A stretch of DNA of 64,000 bases from Callorhinchus milii (GCF_018977255.1 NW_024704742.1:60576001-60640000); one strand, 5' to 3'; counted from the stretch's first letter, positions 41,270-54,699 are shown. Notes: a model not told the origin generated them from the sequence alone. A program made the numbers and translations.

Positions 41270-41920
41270 CCTATTCTTTCTCTGCTTCCGCCACTACCTC
41301 TCCCCTTGGGCCGGTGAGACCCTCATCCATGTATTTATCACATCTAGGCTTGACTAAGCCATTTTTCTGCTTACCAGACTCCCCAACACTTCCCTCCTAA
41401 ACTGGAGACTATCCAGAACTCTGTAGCCCATGTTGTTTCCCGCACCAGGCTCCACAAGCCTATCACTCCCATCCTCTCATGCCTCTATTGGCTCTCCATT
41501 TTCCAGCAGTTCAAGTTCAGGGTCTTCATTCTCACCTTTAAATTCCTTCGTGGCTTCCCCTCTGCCTACCTCTGCAACCTCCTCAATCCCTACTTACCTG
41601 GCCACTCCCTTCACTTAGCAAGCACCAGCCTTCTTCATTTCCCTTGCCTTACGAGGCCCACCATTGCCGGTGGCTTTCAGCCCTTCTGACTCTGCTTTCT
41701 GGAACTCCTTCCTGGAAACCCTCCGACTCCCTCCCAACTTCAACTTCTTCAAGGTCCATCTCAAGACCTTCCTCTTTGAACATGCTTTCGATTATCTTTC
41801 ACCTCCCCTCCCCATTCTCTCAGCTCCCACCCCTAGCTCAGCTTCTTAGCTCGTACTGTTAAGCCCCTAGGACCATCCTCTCAATGTGAAAGGCGCTAAT
41901 TCAAATGCAAGGACTAGTAT
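41270..41920 (+). mobile_element. Older L2 3' fragment
   Basis: GAGACCCTCATCCATGTATTTATCACATCTAGGCTTGACTA (ETLIHVFITSRLD)..FWNSF..FKVHLKTFLF; tail. Confidence 0.85.
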
Positions 41921-43139
41921 TAATATAACTTACATTTTGCATGCTTAAAAGCAACATGGAAGTAGTTACATTACACCCAGTGCAAAGCCACAGGAGTGAG
42001 AGATCAATTTCCTTGTAGTCTTTCTGGTAATTCGGATCATACCCTTTCAACTGCAGTTATATCACTGAGCACAACAGTAACTCCATGCGACCAATGTACA
42101 CTGTGCATTATAACTAGCCTATAAACATCAGATGAAGTCTGCACATTAACTTCCGATTCACACCTGAAGAAGTAATCTTAAATGCTCACTGCCACTAATC
42201 CTTGAACACTGGGTGGACTTTGGGCATCCTGCAGCACCAGATATTTCTCTAAGCAACAACTCTCACCCAGACACAAACAAAATCTAACAGCAAGTGACCT
42301 TTGAGGTGAACCCACAATATTAATTAGGTCATTTAATTACCCAGTTCTGCAACTGCTTATTTTTTTGCTCCCACTTTCCAGATATTTTATCTTCCCCCTC
42401 TTCCCCTGTCTTACGAGGCCCATCATCACCTGTGGCTTTCAGCCTTGCTGCCCATGCTCTCTGGAACTCCATCCTGGAATCCCTCCGACTCCCTCTCAAC
42501 TTCATCTTGTTCAAGGTCCCTCTCAAGACCTTCCTCCAGAACTTCTTCTTAACAGTACACACCTACTCCCTGGCTGAGAGGACACGCAACTGACACCTGT
42601 CCTCAGGCCAGTATCTGTGTCAATCTTGTGTCGGCCACATGTAAATACAGTCTATGAGAGCTGCCTCGATATGGGTAGTTTTACTCTTTCAACAATACAA
42701 TGCATTTATACTTACATAGTGCCTTTCACATCAGGAAGATGACTCAAAGTGCATGTCACTGCTAGCTGAGCACCCGAGCTGGGGCTGAAAGCTGATTGGG
42801 ATGGGTATGGGAAAGATGACCGAAAGTGTGGTCAAAGAGATAGTTCATGAGCTGAGTCAATAGAAAAGTGTGGAAATATTTGCTGAAAATTGCAGGGAAA
42901 TTCTTGACAAATTTTGTAGGAAATGGAGGGGAGTTGATTGGTATTATTGAGGTACATTTTACTGCCAGCTTACATTTTTTCACTTTATTGATAACAACTA
43001 AACATGAGGAAATAACACATATTGTTGCAAAAATATATTAATCGGTTCTTTAACAAAAACTGGGTGGACTTTTTTGGGGGTGGGTGGGTGACACCAGTGA
43101 GGTTACAGGAGCTCTCAGGGCTCAGCACCGCACACAGAC

Positions 43140-43273
43140 CCAGAGAGAGAGAGACACACACACAGAGACACAAACTCAGACACACAGAGTCACAGAGGAG
43201 ATAAAGGCACTGATATACACACACATACACACAGAGACACAGACACACGGACAATCTCTCTCTCTCTCTCTCT
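43140..43273. repeat. Mixed (GA)/(CA)/(CT) microsatellite
   Basis: Seen directly in the sequence. Confidence 0.85.
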
Positions 43274-43289
43274 TTAATCACAACAGTGG

Positions 43290-43400
43290 GGTCTCCGAGT
43301 GAAGCCCATTTGCCACTTGCGCCGCATTGCGCATGTGTTTCTGGAGCTGCCCCACAAATAGTGACATCAGGTAAACAGCAGGAAGGCCCGCAAGCCAGAA
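43290..43400 (+). promoter_or_regulatory. Candidate promoter or first exon
   Basis: Local CpG cluster, NRF1-like TGCGCATGTG (43328), TGACATCA, then CAG|GTAAAC donor at 43371. Confidence 0.3.
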
Positions 43401-43790
43401 ACAAAGTCTATAGATGGTTTGTAGTTGAGGAGAGTGTTTAACAGCTGCACTTTTCTATTAGCCCAGCTCATGAGATAGATCTTGAAAAAGAGGGGAGGGT
43501 GGGAATGAGTCAGCGGGTCTCCAGGATGGAGTTTCAGAGAGCGGGGCCAGAGTGGCTGAAAGCCCATTCATCATTGGTGATTTCACTAAAGATTCAGGAA
43601 AGAAGTGATTTTATGATTATAAATATTTTTATTTAGACTATAGACTGTCCCAAACTAATAGAATAACACTATGCAATCTCACTGTACAATTGTGTTTCTG
43701 GCCATTTTCATTGGCATGAATGTTGACAACTGTATACTTCAGCACACATATGCCCTCTTTGCAAGATTGGGCACTGGTGGATTGTATTTG

Positions 43791-44175
43791 TGGAGTCCTG
43801 TAGCTCAGTGGTTAGGGCACTCCTCGCAAGCTAGAGACCTGGATTCGATTCCTGGCAGGGTGAAATGTTGGGCATATTTCCTTACTCTACACGCCGCTGT
43901 TTACCTAGCAGTAAGTAGTAACCCGTTAGTTAGTTGATCTGCGGATCACTATTCCAGGAGTAATAATTCCTTAAAAAATTTTTTTTAAATTGGTCACTCA
44001 ATCCACGACTGTTTGTGGGACACTGCTGTGAGAAACTGGCTGCTGCGTTTCACCAACAAAGTATACAGTCAATTCACTTTACAGTATATTCTGTGAAGCG
44101 CTTTGACATGTCTGGAAGTTGTGATAAGGCGCTATATCTCAAATGCAAGGACTATAGGATTACTATTATTATTAT
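43791..44175 (+). mobile_element. SINE family A, long form, full length
   Basis: A-box TAGCTCAGTGG, B-box GATTCGATTCC, middle CTGTTTACCTAGCAGTAAGTAG..GCGGATCAC, tail. Confidence 0.92.
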
Positions 44176-44510
44176 ATATTAAAAGGCTTTAAGTGACTCT
44201 TATTTTGAAAAATTGTTCAGGGTATATTCACTTATGTTCTCTTATGTTCACAGTACATCTCGGAAGAAGTTGCATGGGAGATGTTTTAAGTCTCCTCTCA
44301 GAAGGTATGGATTAAATTACCTGTGTGTCTGTTGTGCAGTGGCTTGTCCTGAAAAAGATTTTGCTCTCTTCTGGTGTGGTTCATAGGGAGACAAAGAAGG
44401 CAGTATTCAACAACTTGCATTTAATAGCGCCCCTCATGCAGGGTATCATGCTAGATCGCTTGACAGTGATGGAGTACAAGTCCAAGCCGGGGAGAGGGAG
44501 GAGATGATCG

Positions 44511-44814
44511 TGGAGTCCTGTAGCTCAGTGGTTAGAGCACTCGCTTTGCAAGCGAGAGACCTGCGTTCAATTCCAGACAGGACGAAACCTTGGGCAAGTT
44601 TCCTTACTCCACACGCCTAATAATAATCCCTCCAAAAAACAATAATAAAAATTGGTCATGACTGTTTGTGGGACATTGCTGTGCGCAATTGGTTGCCGCG
44701 TTCGCCCACAAATATACAGTCAATTCACTTTACAGTATATTCTGTGAAACACTTTGGGACGTCCTCCCGATGTGAAAAGCGCTATATCAAATGCAAGGAT
44801 TATTATTATTATTA
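44511..44814 (+). mobile_element. SINE family A, short form, inserted in an antisense L2 3' end (44409-44510 + 44815-44920)
   Basis: Full head and tail; ATCGT repeated at both junctions. Confidence 0.92.
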
Positions 44815-46493
44815 TCGTAGGCAAGGTTGAAGAGGAAGGTCTTCAGGTGCAACCTGAAGATGGGGAAAGAAGGGATAAGGTGGAGGGATAGTGTTCCAGA
44901 GTTTCAGGGTGTAGTGGCAGTAAATAATGTAAACAAAATATGTCTTAAGAATATTTGCAAAGAACAGCTCATCTGCATTCGAGGTTTTGCAGATTTTTTT
45001 GCAAACTACATATAATAAGAAACAAAACAAAATGCAAAACTCAAAACACAACATACTGAGTATTAGCGACTTTTGTTTTTGTGTATAATACGAATAATCC
45101 TTCCATTTTATATAGTGCCTCTTCATGTCATCGAGACATGTCAAAGTGCTCAACAGGATTTTAGTACAGTGACTGTGTTATTCGTAGGCAAATACTGCGG
45201 TGAATTTGTGCATAGCAATGTCCCACGAACAGCATTGTACTTCAGATGCAATGCATACAGAATGTTTGGGAACTGATGTAGACTTGCTTAGGTTTCTGCT
45301 GAGCATATTGATGATTTTTAAGTGGAGCTCTTCCACTGCGATGGTGTTTTGAGCCATTGATCTCAAATTTCTTGCTGCTTGGGAAGTTGGTTAGAGAGGC
45401 TAAGTGGTCCAATGGTTTACACTTGCCTGAAGCTGTTACCAGGATATTTTCTGCAGCCTTTTGGTGACCAGTTAATGTTTGACAATCTCGGAATTGTTGT
45501 TGAGAACATACATTCACCCCTCAGTGGCTGATGTAGAGTGAGACCTAAAGGAAGTGTCTGTTTATTTTTGATTGGTTTGAATACCATAAACAATTCTAAT
45601 TCTGTGTGAAGCATGATGCCGCAGATGCCCTCTGGGCTTTAGTGCATTTACTGGGTGTGCCACTGTCGACTTGTGCTGTTACATTCACGAGAAATGTGGT
45701 ATAGTCATATGATCCTATTCGCTGATAATAATAATAATAATCCTTGGATCTGATGTAGCCCTGTATCACATCTTCAAGATGTCTCAAAGCACTTCTCAGA
45801 ATATACTGTGAAGTGGAGTGACTGTATATTTTATGGGTGAAACGCAACAGCCATTTGCCATGTATAAGTCTAATATCTGATAGTGTGTAATCTTACAGAA
45901 GATGGAAAGGTATAATTGCAGTTTATCCAAATGATAAGGTTGCTATTTGTCAATATGATAAATGAAAGAATTTACTGCCAATGGTGGTGCTCATCCAGTA
46001 TTTTCAATATTTTGAGATATCCTCTCAACATAAAAGGCACCGTATAAATGTAATTTGTATTATTTAGTTAATGCCTAACACTGGATCACTGTGGATGATT
46101 GTACTCCTCTGGATATAGCAATAGAGGGAAATGTTTACCTGTTCATGGCCCAACTTCCTTCTTCAGATGCAACATTGAGTCAGATATTGGCATAGACCTG
46201 ACCCTAGCTATGGTCCTGTCAATCTTCAATCTTTTACCTCTTCGCTGCCTTGGTAAGATAGTTAGAGATGAGAATACAATAACCATGCTGACATGCTGCT
46301 TGACATTGGATGATAATAGCATCAATCTTCACCTGATGGATCCCTGGACCAAAAGTTGGAATAAATTCCCATTGACTCAGAATGAGAAGATAATTGTGTT
46401 GTAAGTATATCAATTAGCAGGTAGGCAATAATTGGGAACAGTCACTGAAAAGGACTCTTGTGAGATAAAAGGAATCATTACAGAATCCATGTA

Positions 46494-46780
46494 AACAACA
46501 ACAACAAAATTACATTTATAGAGCGCCTTTCACTTTGGGAGGACGTCCCAAAGCACTGAACAGTCAGATGTCGGGGTCTGAGCATGGGGAAAGGTGGTGT
46601 AGGGGTGAGGGAAGGTGGAGAGGTGGGAGGGAGACCAAAGGCAAGGTCGAAGAGAAGGGTCTTGAGACGGGCCTTGAAGGAGGCAAGGGAGGCAGCGAGG
46701 CAAAGGGACCGTGGGATGGAGTTCCAGAGTGTGGAGGCAGAGCGGCTGAAAGCCCGGCCATCGATGGAAGAGGCAGAATG
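46494..46780 (-). mobile_element. L2 3' end
   Basis: GRAFSRSASTLWNSIP..FKARLKTLLF; (CAA)n tail. Confidence 0.9.
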
Positions 46781-47554
46781 ACGGAAAGCAAACAACCAGC
46801 AGAGAGCTTGGCAGACAGGAAACAAAAATAAATTAACTTAGGGACATTTATTTACAGCAAAGAGTCAGTGTGGCTTGAACTAAACATTACATCATTGGAA
46901 CAACATGGCAACCTAACGAGAATGTTAAGCACAATATTTTTTATAGTTAAATCTGCAGAACAGCTGTCTTCTATTCATACGTGGAGGTAGAATAACAAAG
47001 TTTACTGATGAAATATTAAATAATCAATTAAAATGAAATTCTATAGCAGTCACAGGGTCACGAAAGAAAAGGGAATGAGTACATTTGTGTTATTTGGATC
47101 TTGAAATTTGTAATGTCCTGTCTATTATGCTTTACTTCATTTACCTTCAAAGAATAGAATAGTATTGCTAATAGTCTAACTCACAGTATCCTAACTGGGC
47201 TAAAAAGCTTATTTTATTAATATCCACTTCTTCAAAGTGATATGTATTGATATATTGTCTGCATGTAATTGTGTATTGTGTATCAGCGCCTTGGGACGTC
47301 CTCCTGACGTGAAAGGCGCTTTATAAATGGAATCTTGAATCTTGTTGTTGTTGTGTATGTATCAAGGGTCTTGATAGTAAAATCAGCAATTTTGTGTTCT
47401 CATATTGTGTAATTATGGATTAAATTCTCACAAGTTTTGGAATGACATGTTCTTTTGTATTTATACATACCATATAAACCTTATATACGATAATGTCCCA
47501 TATATTTTGTTGCAGTCTAATCAGTCATAGAGAGTTTGCAATCATTCTGAAATT

Positions 47555-47695
47555 ACCACCTCTCTGCCTTCCCTCACCCCTACACCACCCCTCCCCCCTT
47601 CTCGGGCCCTGACACCTGGCCCTTCAGCGCTTTGGGACATCCTCCCAACGTGAAAGGCGCTCTATAAATATAATCTTGTTGTTGTTGTTGTTGTT
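47555..47695 (+). mobile_element. L2 3'UTR and tail (a second tail-only copy at 47283-47355)
   Basis: CAGCGCTTTGGGACATCCTCCCAACGTGAAAGGCGCTCTATAAAT..(TTG)n. Confidence 0.85.
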
Positions 47696-48120
47696 ATTGG
47701 TCCAACTCATGTTTCTGCTGAAAAGGAAGAATTTTTTTGTCTTTTAATGACGTGCAATATATTAGAAAGAATTATTTGTCATCCATGTAAATATAGAGTG
47801 AATGCAGGGAATAGTTTTGACAAGCAGCTGTTGAAAATACTGACAGGCTGCTCCTGATTTGAATTGGCTGAAAGACTTGTGTATATGTGGACTGGAGGTT
47901 TTTCTGATCATTGTTTGTCTGTGTGTGAAACAGTTTCCAATTGTAAGAAGTAGAGCATTTCAAAATATGGAAATATTCAAACTATTCTTTGAGACGACAA
48001 AAAGAATAGCTTTCTCACAGAGACGTTGTGTCGTTCCAGGCCTTTATTTTCAACACAAGAAATGACAGAGAATAATATGTTTAAGCAGCCTGATTTGCAG
48101 GTGGCAATGCCATGTGTTAG

Positions 48121-48368
48121 GTCAGCCTGCCTCAGTTGTTAGCACTCTCACCTCTGAGTCAGAAGGTTGTGCGTTCAGTCCCAGGTCAGGATTTGGTCCA
48201 TGTAGTCATGTAGTCCAGGCTGACACTCCATTGCAGTGCTGGGTGTGTGCTTCATTGTTGGAACTGGGATGAGACTATAAATCAAAACCCCTGTCTGCCT
48301 GTTCAGGTGGACATTAAAGATCCATAGCACTATTCGAAAAGAGAAGGACGTTTCTCCCAGTGTCCTGG
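48121..48368 (+). mobile_element. SINE family B, head + Deu-like core
   Basis: GTCAGCCTGCCTCAGTTGTTAGCACTCTCACCTCTGAGTCAGAAGGTTG..CAGGTGGACATTAAAGATCC. Confidence 0.85.
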
Positions 48369-49954
48369 TTTGTATTTCCAGAAAATGTGTAAACAAGAAG
48401 ATTCCCAAGTGTTCAATAAATATGAAGATTAGTACTGTAAATAAAACAATGCGTGAAACACAGACATTTTAATCTTGAGGTAAAAAGTTCATAAGCGGTC
48501 CACACTGAGGTCCTGGCGCTGGAGACTTGAGACTAAGTTGTTTGGGTTGATATGACAGACATGTGCACATCCCTTGAAAAGTTAACAGTGGATGTTTCAG
48601 CACAGAGTTTTGAATTACAATTGTGATGGGATCTAATCACAATATTTGTAACAGTTTTCACAAAGGATTAATAAATATTCAATCATGCTGATAGCTGGAT
48701 GTGTGGTAATTCCAATCCATTGTAACTCTGCAACTTGTGCCCAGAACTGGGAGTCCGATGGGTATTATGAAATCGCAATAAGTTACCAGCAGGATCCAAT
48801 AGTTAATCAATCTTTTTGTGAATCCTGGTGCGAGTTGAGCACCATGTTTCAACACTATGATAATTGAACATTAGGGAATAGCACAAAGAATTTAGCAGAA
48901 TGCTAGGCTGAGAAAAAAGCTGAAAGCAAAACACTGAAATAATCCCAATTTACGGTTTGCAAGTGTCATCATTTCAACCCCAATAAACCATCCTTTCCCA
49001 GGATCCTGAAGGTTCAATTTGATGATGTAGTTGGAGGATGGTAGGGTTGAGCAAGTTCTGACTCAAGATCATAACATCAATTTGAATGATGAATACCCTT
49101 CGGCCCATCTTCAACTGCAAACAGGAAAATAGAGATACATGTTTCTATTATGTTCACATATGATCTGGGTACAATGGCATTTTAAAGGGTTTTCAATTGT
49201 TTAAAGTTCTCAGGGATTATATACAGCCAACAGTGGTGAGGCTATAATTAAATCAAGTGGTTCTCCTGACATCTAAACCATGGGAATGAATCAGACATGG
49301 TTTAAAGTATTACTGCAGCTCTGAAAGCCAGCCATTTGCCATTACAAATAATACTCTATTTGGCAAATGTTTACTTTAAAGTTATTTTTTCATGCATGGG
49401 TACAAACTAAACTCCTTTTCCCTTGTTACATGACCTGGTGATAGACACTATGGCATTTGCTGTTGAGTCCACTTCAGATAGATATTCCTGACAGATGTTA
49501 ATACTATTTTCTGTTCAGGAAGATGACAGCCTTTCTTCCAAATACTGTGGTCTATCTAGTATGCTCCAAATACTGTGGTATTGTATGCTTGCAGGTGCAG
49601 GGCTATAATTCTATAACTGAATGGATAAAGAAAATGTATATTTTTCTAATATGGAGATCTGTTTCTGTTTGGGAAGTGGAGAAGAGCCAGAAGACAGTAT
49701 TGCAGCCAAATGATATAATGATGGATTTGAACATTTATGTTCTAGAGCCTTGTGTTTGTAATCAGATTAAAAAAAGCTTTTACCAAACATTTTTTCATGA
49801 AGTTAAAAAAAATTCCTTTAAAGGAATTTGTGACTTCACAAAATTGAGGAAAGCCATGGAAGTCCTCTGCCATACTTGACTCGCTTCTAAGTGTCCTTTT
49901 ATTGCATGCTATTCAAAAGTTCCTTAAAAGAAGTAAGTAAGCAATGTTAATCTC

Positions 49955-50130
49955 AAGAACCTTCTCTTCGACTAGGACTTTGGTCACCCTCCTACCCCCT
50001 ACCCTCCCTGCCCTCCATCCCTCCTGATCCCAACCCCCAGTTTATGTCCAAATCCCTAACTGTCCAGCACCTTGGGAAGTCCTCCCATTGTGAAAGGCGC
50101 TATACAAATGTAATTTGTTGTTGATGTTGG
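49955..50130 (+). mobile_element. L2 3' end
   Basis: GTCCAGCACCTTGGGAAGTCCTCCCATTGTGAAAGGCGCTATAC tail. Confidence 0.85.
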
Positions 50131-50419
50131 TGCAATGTGGGTTTATAGTGCTCCAGAGGAATGCACTATAATATTGTTTGTGGGTTTGAAAATCTCTAAT
50201 TATCTGTCATTGAAATGGTAGGATTTCTTGAAGAGAAGATTATCAGGATCCAAAAGTTCAAACAAACCATTGTATAGTTGCAGTGTTGCCACCTTGTGTA
50301 TTTGTATCTAGAACTGCCTCTGCCTCTTTTAGGAGCCGTTCAGTCCAATATCACCATTTCATCAGAAGCTTTGAATGAGTAAAATGGTTTAAATAATCAA
50401 AGTTGTTATAAGGCAAACT

Positions 50420-51010
50420 AATACAAATATAATATAAACGTATCAGTAGGTGGGTACAGGAGTGAGGCTCATTGCAAGCATAGAAGACTATTTCCTTAGT
50501 CAGAAGCACAGGATCTAGTAGGTCATTCAGTGTGAGACCTTTAGTAAAGAAGTTAATAATATCCTCATTCTTCATGGTTAACATCTATATTCAAGGTTGA
50601 AGCAGATATTTGTGTCTTGTTCGCAATTACTTACAGAATGGATTCAGTTTCTTATCTACCACCACAGAGCTGCAATTTGCTCTTCTTCCTTGTTAATGTA
50701 GATGACATTTTCAGCAATAATGCTTTACACTTGCTAAAATTTCATGCTCAGCTTTGTAAAGTGGAATCAACCAACAGAAACATAACAGAGACATCTTTAG
50801 GGCAAACCTGTTCTATCTTTGGAAAGTTACAGATTTCCTTAAAGGATTGGCAAAGGAGGTAGTGAGTCAGTGGATACTGACAATATGTCATATTTTGGTT
50901 CGAACAATCCTATAGTTTAAATTCAGTGTTTATATTTACATAACCTTCTTTATTGTCACAGCTGCATTTTCAGTTTAGGCTTTCCGCAGTTACCGATATT
51001 ATTGAAGTGA
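50420..51010 (+). mobile_element. Possible very old Penelope-type RT fossil
   Basis: VDDIF..LLKFH..LQISLKD, then TDNMSYFGSNNP; resembles the PLE pattern YIDDIF..LxxFH..FLDxxISxKD..KPTD..SxHP. Confidence 0.4.
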
Positions 51011-52339
51011 TAGACACCACTTTCCAGTGTTTGGCATTCTTGTGCATGAAGTGCATATGAAGTGTGGAAGGTTTTGAGCAAGGTTTTCACTTTTGAAAAC
51101 GTAACCAAATACCTTGGAATACATTCCTCAATGGGAACATGGGTGTGATAAAGAAGCTAAAACCATCTGCAATCACTGTTTACTTATACGTCTGACAGAA
51201 CTATTTATATGTATCTGCTAAAAATCAGACCTGGTTAATATTTCGCAAGAAAAAAGAGTGCAATATTCTTAAGAAGGTAAATTAAAGCTTTCTGTAAAAT
51301 ATGGTGACTCCACAAATTGCAAGCAATCCTTTTTTAAACAGTTTTTGTTATCAAGATACAGATAAACAATGCAGAAGAACATTGTGTGATAATTATCACA
51401 CAAAATCTGTTATGAATCAGAGCATCAAGAGCAAATCCTATGATTCAAGGGTATTACCCATTTTGCTAGGAAAAGCTAGTTAATGCTGGTTCTTTTGCAG
51501 GATAAAATTTAGCTATGCAGATTTTTTAAACTTCATTCAAGTTACATTTCTCAGGATAGATTCATTGTTATGCTATAAAATCTCAATTTAGTTTTGAAAC
51601 TTAATAACATGCTTTCCAAGACACGTTTTTTCAGGGAATGCTGCCTTTTAACAGAAAGACATAACACTTCTTATCCTTTTCTTGTCCCTGTTTCTCCATG
51701 GCATCTTTTTACATTCAGTAATGGGTGTACTACCATAGAGGAAATATAATATCTCCTCCGAATTTAACATAACCACACCACAGTTTAGGAATATAAACAT
51801 TGGACTCGGTGATGTTCTGAAAATAATAACAGAGGTGCACAGACATCAACAGTGGAGCCAAGGCAATCTGATATAGAGGATCACGTGGGGATCATGGACC
51901 ATCACCTAGCAGAGTTGCAAAAGATTTTAGCGTTGATACAGATGATCAGGAAACATGAAACATGTACTAAGTGAGTAATGTTTACCAGTAAGTGTAAATA
52001 AGGGAAAGGGTGAGCATTCACTGAAAGTATCCAGGCCACTGTTAAGATGCTATAAACAAGGGAGACGCTGGGATGCATCTTGAATCAAATTTGGTTATTT
52101 AATCCTGAATCTGTAATCTGGATGAATTTCTGTAATAAATAGCACTTGAATTTCCTGTAGCACCTTTCTCGTCAGAAGTTTTCAAAACACTTCATAGAAT
52201 TTACTGTAAGGTGTAATGAATGTGTATTTTGATTACATAGTTCCTAGTCGACTCTGTGAGAAAGGAAAAATTGTTGTTAGCCCAAGGGAATGCATGATCT
52301 GAGTATTTTCAGCATATCTTCCTAATCTCTGGCCCATAT

Positions 52340-52545
52340 CTGCCCCTGAGTCCCTTCGCCTCACCCCTTCCCTCGCCTCTCTCAAGGTCAGCCTCAAGAC
52401 CATCCTCTCTGACCACACCTTTGCTTATCTCCTCCCACACTCCCAACCAACCTTGACCCCGACCCCTCCTGAATCTGACTCCAGTACTTGGGATGTCCTC
52501 CTGAGATAAAAGACGCTATATACATGGAATGTATTGTTGTTGTTG
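52340..52545 (+). mobile_element. L2 3' end
   Basis: TCAAGGTCAGCCTCAAGACCATCCTCT..L2 tail. Confidence 0.8.
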
Positions 52546-53344
52546 ATCTCTGTTTGGGCCATTCCCAAAAGAACTAAGAGCCAGATGTAAGACTCAAAAA
52601 ACACTAATTTGTCACTTCAGGAAAATATAAATGATGGCTTTGGGGGTCTGGGAAAATACTGATCTGGAAAGAGACTCTCCTCCTGATGCTAATTGTTGGC
52701 AATTAATTTACAAATGATTACAGAAATGTAGCCTAAATTGAGTTTAAATACACAGATGACCAGTCTGATATTTACAAAAAACAACAAATTACATTTGTAT
52801 AGCCGCTTTCACATTGAAAGGACGTCCCAAGGAACTAGAAATTATTATTAAAGTATATATGAGATTAGAAGCATGTTTAGCACAGGTACCCAGGCAGGTG
52901 ATGGAGACAGATTGTGTAAACAAGTTCAAGAGGAAATTAAATAGCTCACAACATTTGGAGAAGAATACAATTGAGAAATAGAGCAGTGCAGGATTATTTA
53001 GTTACTATTTTATTAATTTTTTTTTTTAACATTGGGCTGGTGTGTAATAGCTTTTTCTGGTATTGTCTCTATGCAATTAGTTACGGTTGAACAGAATAAT
53101 TGTTAAACACAAGTATTCATATTGAAGCCTGCTAACTGCAACATTGGTCCGAACATGTGAAACATTGATAACACTGAATACCCAAATGTGTTTCGCCCAC
53201 AAATATACGGTCAATTCACTTTACAGCATATTCTGTGAAGCTCTTTGAGACGTCTAGAAAACGTGAAACGCGCTGTATTAAATACAAGGATTATTATATT
53301 ATTATTATTCACGACGGAAGGACATCCCAAGGCGCTGGAAATGG

Positions 53345-54047
53345 GATGAATGGGATTGAACTTGGCAAGGAGGAAGCTGAAAGAGATCTAGGGCTGTTAG
53401 TTGATCTATTGCTCATTCTGTCAAAATAAGGTGGGACAGCAATTAACAAGCAAACAGGATGACAACATGCTATAATGTTAATCTGTTGAGTTTAGAGTCC
53501 CATACATCATTCTCAGGTTGCACAGAGCTCTGGTCAGACTGCACCTTGAATACTGCAAATAGTTCTGGCCACCGTGACATAACGGGGTTGCCCAGCCACT
53601 AGAGGTGGTACACAGGAGAGCAATGAGGATAGTCCGCAGGGTTAGAGGAATGAGCTATGAGCAATGATTTGACAATTATTCCTCTTCAGTCTTGAGAGAA
53701 TATGACTCAGAGGGGACATCATAGAGAGCACAACATTTTAAATACGATTGAAAATGTGAACCCAGGTCAATAATTTAGGATATGCTCTGAATTAGAACAA
53801 GAGGACATAGGTTTAGAGTTGTAAAGGACAATTTCAGGACAGATACCAGTAAGATTTTCTCTACACAAAGGGTAATAAACAACTGGAACAGATTGTCAAG
53901 AAAGGTGGTGGAGGGTAGGAAACTAGGTTCACTTAACAAGCAGCTTGGTAAAGTGATGGTGGGGCCAGTAGGGTTGGTGTTCTGGAACGATCAGAGTGGA
54001 TAAGTCGAAGCACCTTATTCATCCAGATCAATCTTGTGATCTTGTGA
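53345..54047 (+). mobile_element. CR1 ORF2 3' portion and tail
   Basis: ERDLGLLVD..ALVRLHLEYC..FW..RTRGHRFR..IFSTQRVINNWNRL; ends in an 8-mer repeat (ATCTTGTG)2. Confidence 0.9.
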
Positions 54048-54171
54048 TTTGAGGGCAAATATTGATACTCACCAGATGAAGGATGTTAAGCCAGGTGAGA
54101 TGGAATATTTTCCCTTTCCTTGCTCTAATGTCAGTATCACACAGTACCACACTTGAAGTTACATACTTGGG

Positions 54172-54592
54172 TGTCACCCTGGCTCTGTTGGTAGCATTCT
54201 CACCTCTGAGGGTGAACAGGTATAGGTTCAAGCTCCACGTCAAGACTTATATAGTCTAAGCTGAATCTCCAGTGCAGTGCTGGGGTGTGCTGTACTGTTG
54301 CAGGTACCGTCCTTCGGATAAGACTTTAAACCGAGGCCCCACTGTTTGTTCAGGTGTATGTTAAAGATCCTATGGCACTATACAAAAGGAGAAAGGAGTT
54401 TATCCCCAGTGTTCTGGCAAACAATCCTCCAAATAAAATTGGTCTTTCACCTCAAGGCTATTTGTGGGATATTGCTATAAGAACATAGGCTGGCACATTC
54501 ACCTACAAAATACATAGTACAGTATATCATTTGAGATGCCTTCCTGACATGAAAGGTGCTCTACCAAAGTTTTATTATATTAGTATTATTGT
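54172..54592 (+). mobile_element. SINE family B (DeuSINE/SacSINE1-like), full length
   Basis: tRNA-like head; CCGTCCTTCGGATAAGACTTTAAACCGAGGCCCC..TTAAAGATCCTATGGCACTAT is the Deu-domain pattern as I recall it; L2-type tail. Confidence 0.85.
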
Positions 54593-54699
54593 TATCAGTG
54601 TTTCCAGGATTATTCCACCCGTCAGTCAGTCAGCCCAGTGCCAGTTTGGGAACTAGCCTGGCGGAGAGGAATTGAGCTATGTACATTAGCATTGTGAAG

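Noticed and set aside
44511..44585. tRNA-Ala gene (also 5560, 38923, 43791)
   Set aside because: The tRNA-like head lacks a proper acceptor stem and continues into a SINE body and tail in many dispersed copies.
45242..45614. Crypton/tyrosine recombinase-like words (PLG..LHQPLR..LTGHQK) on the minus strand
   Set aside because: Spacing does not match and the words fall in different frames; too weak to support.
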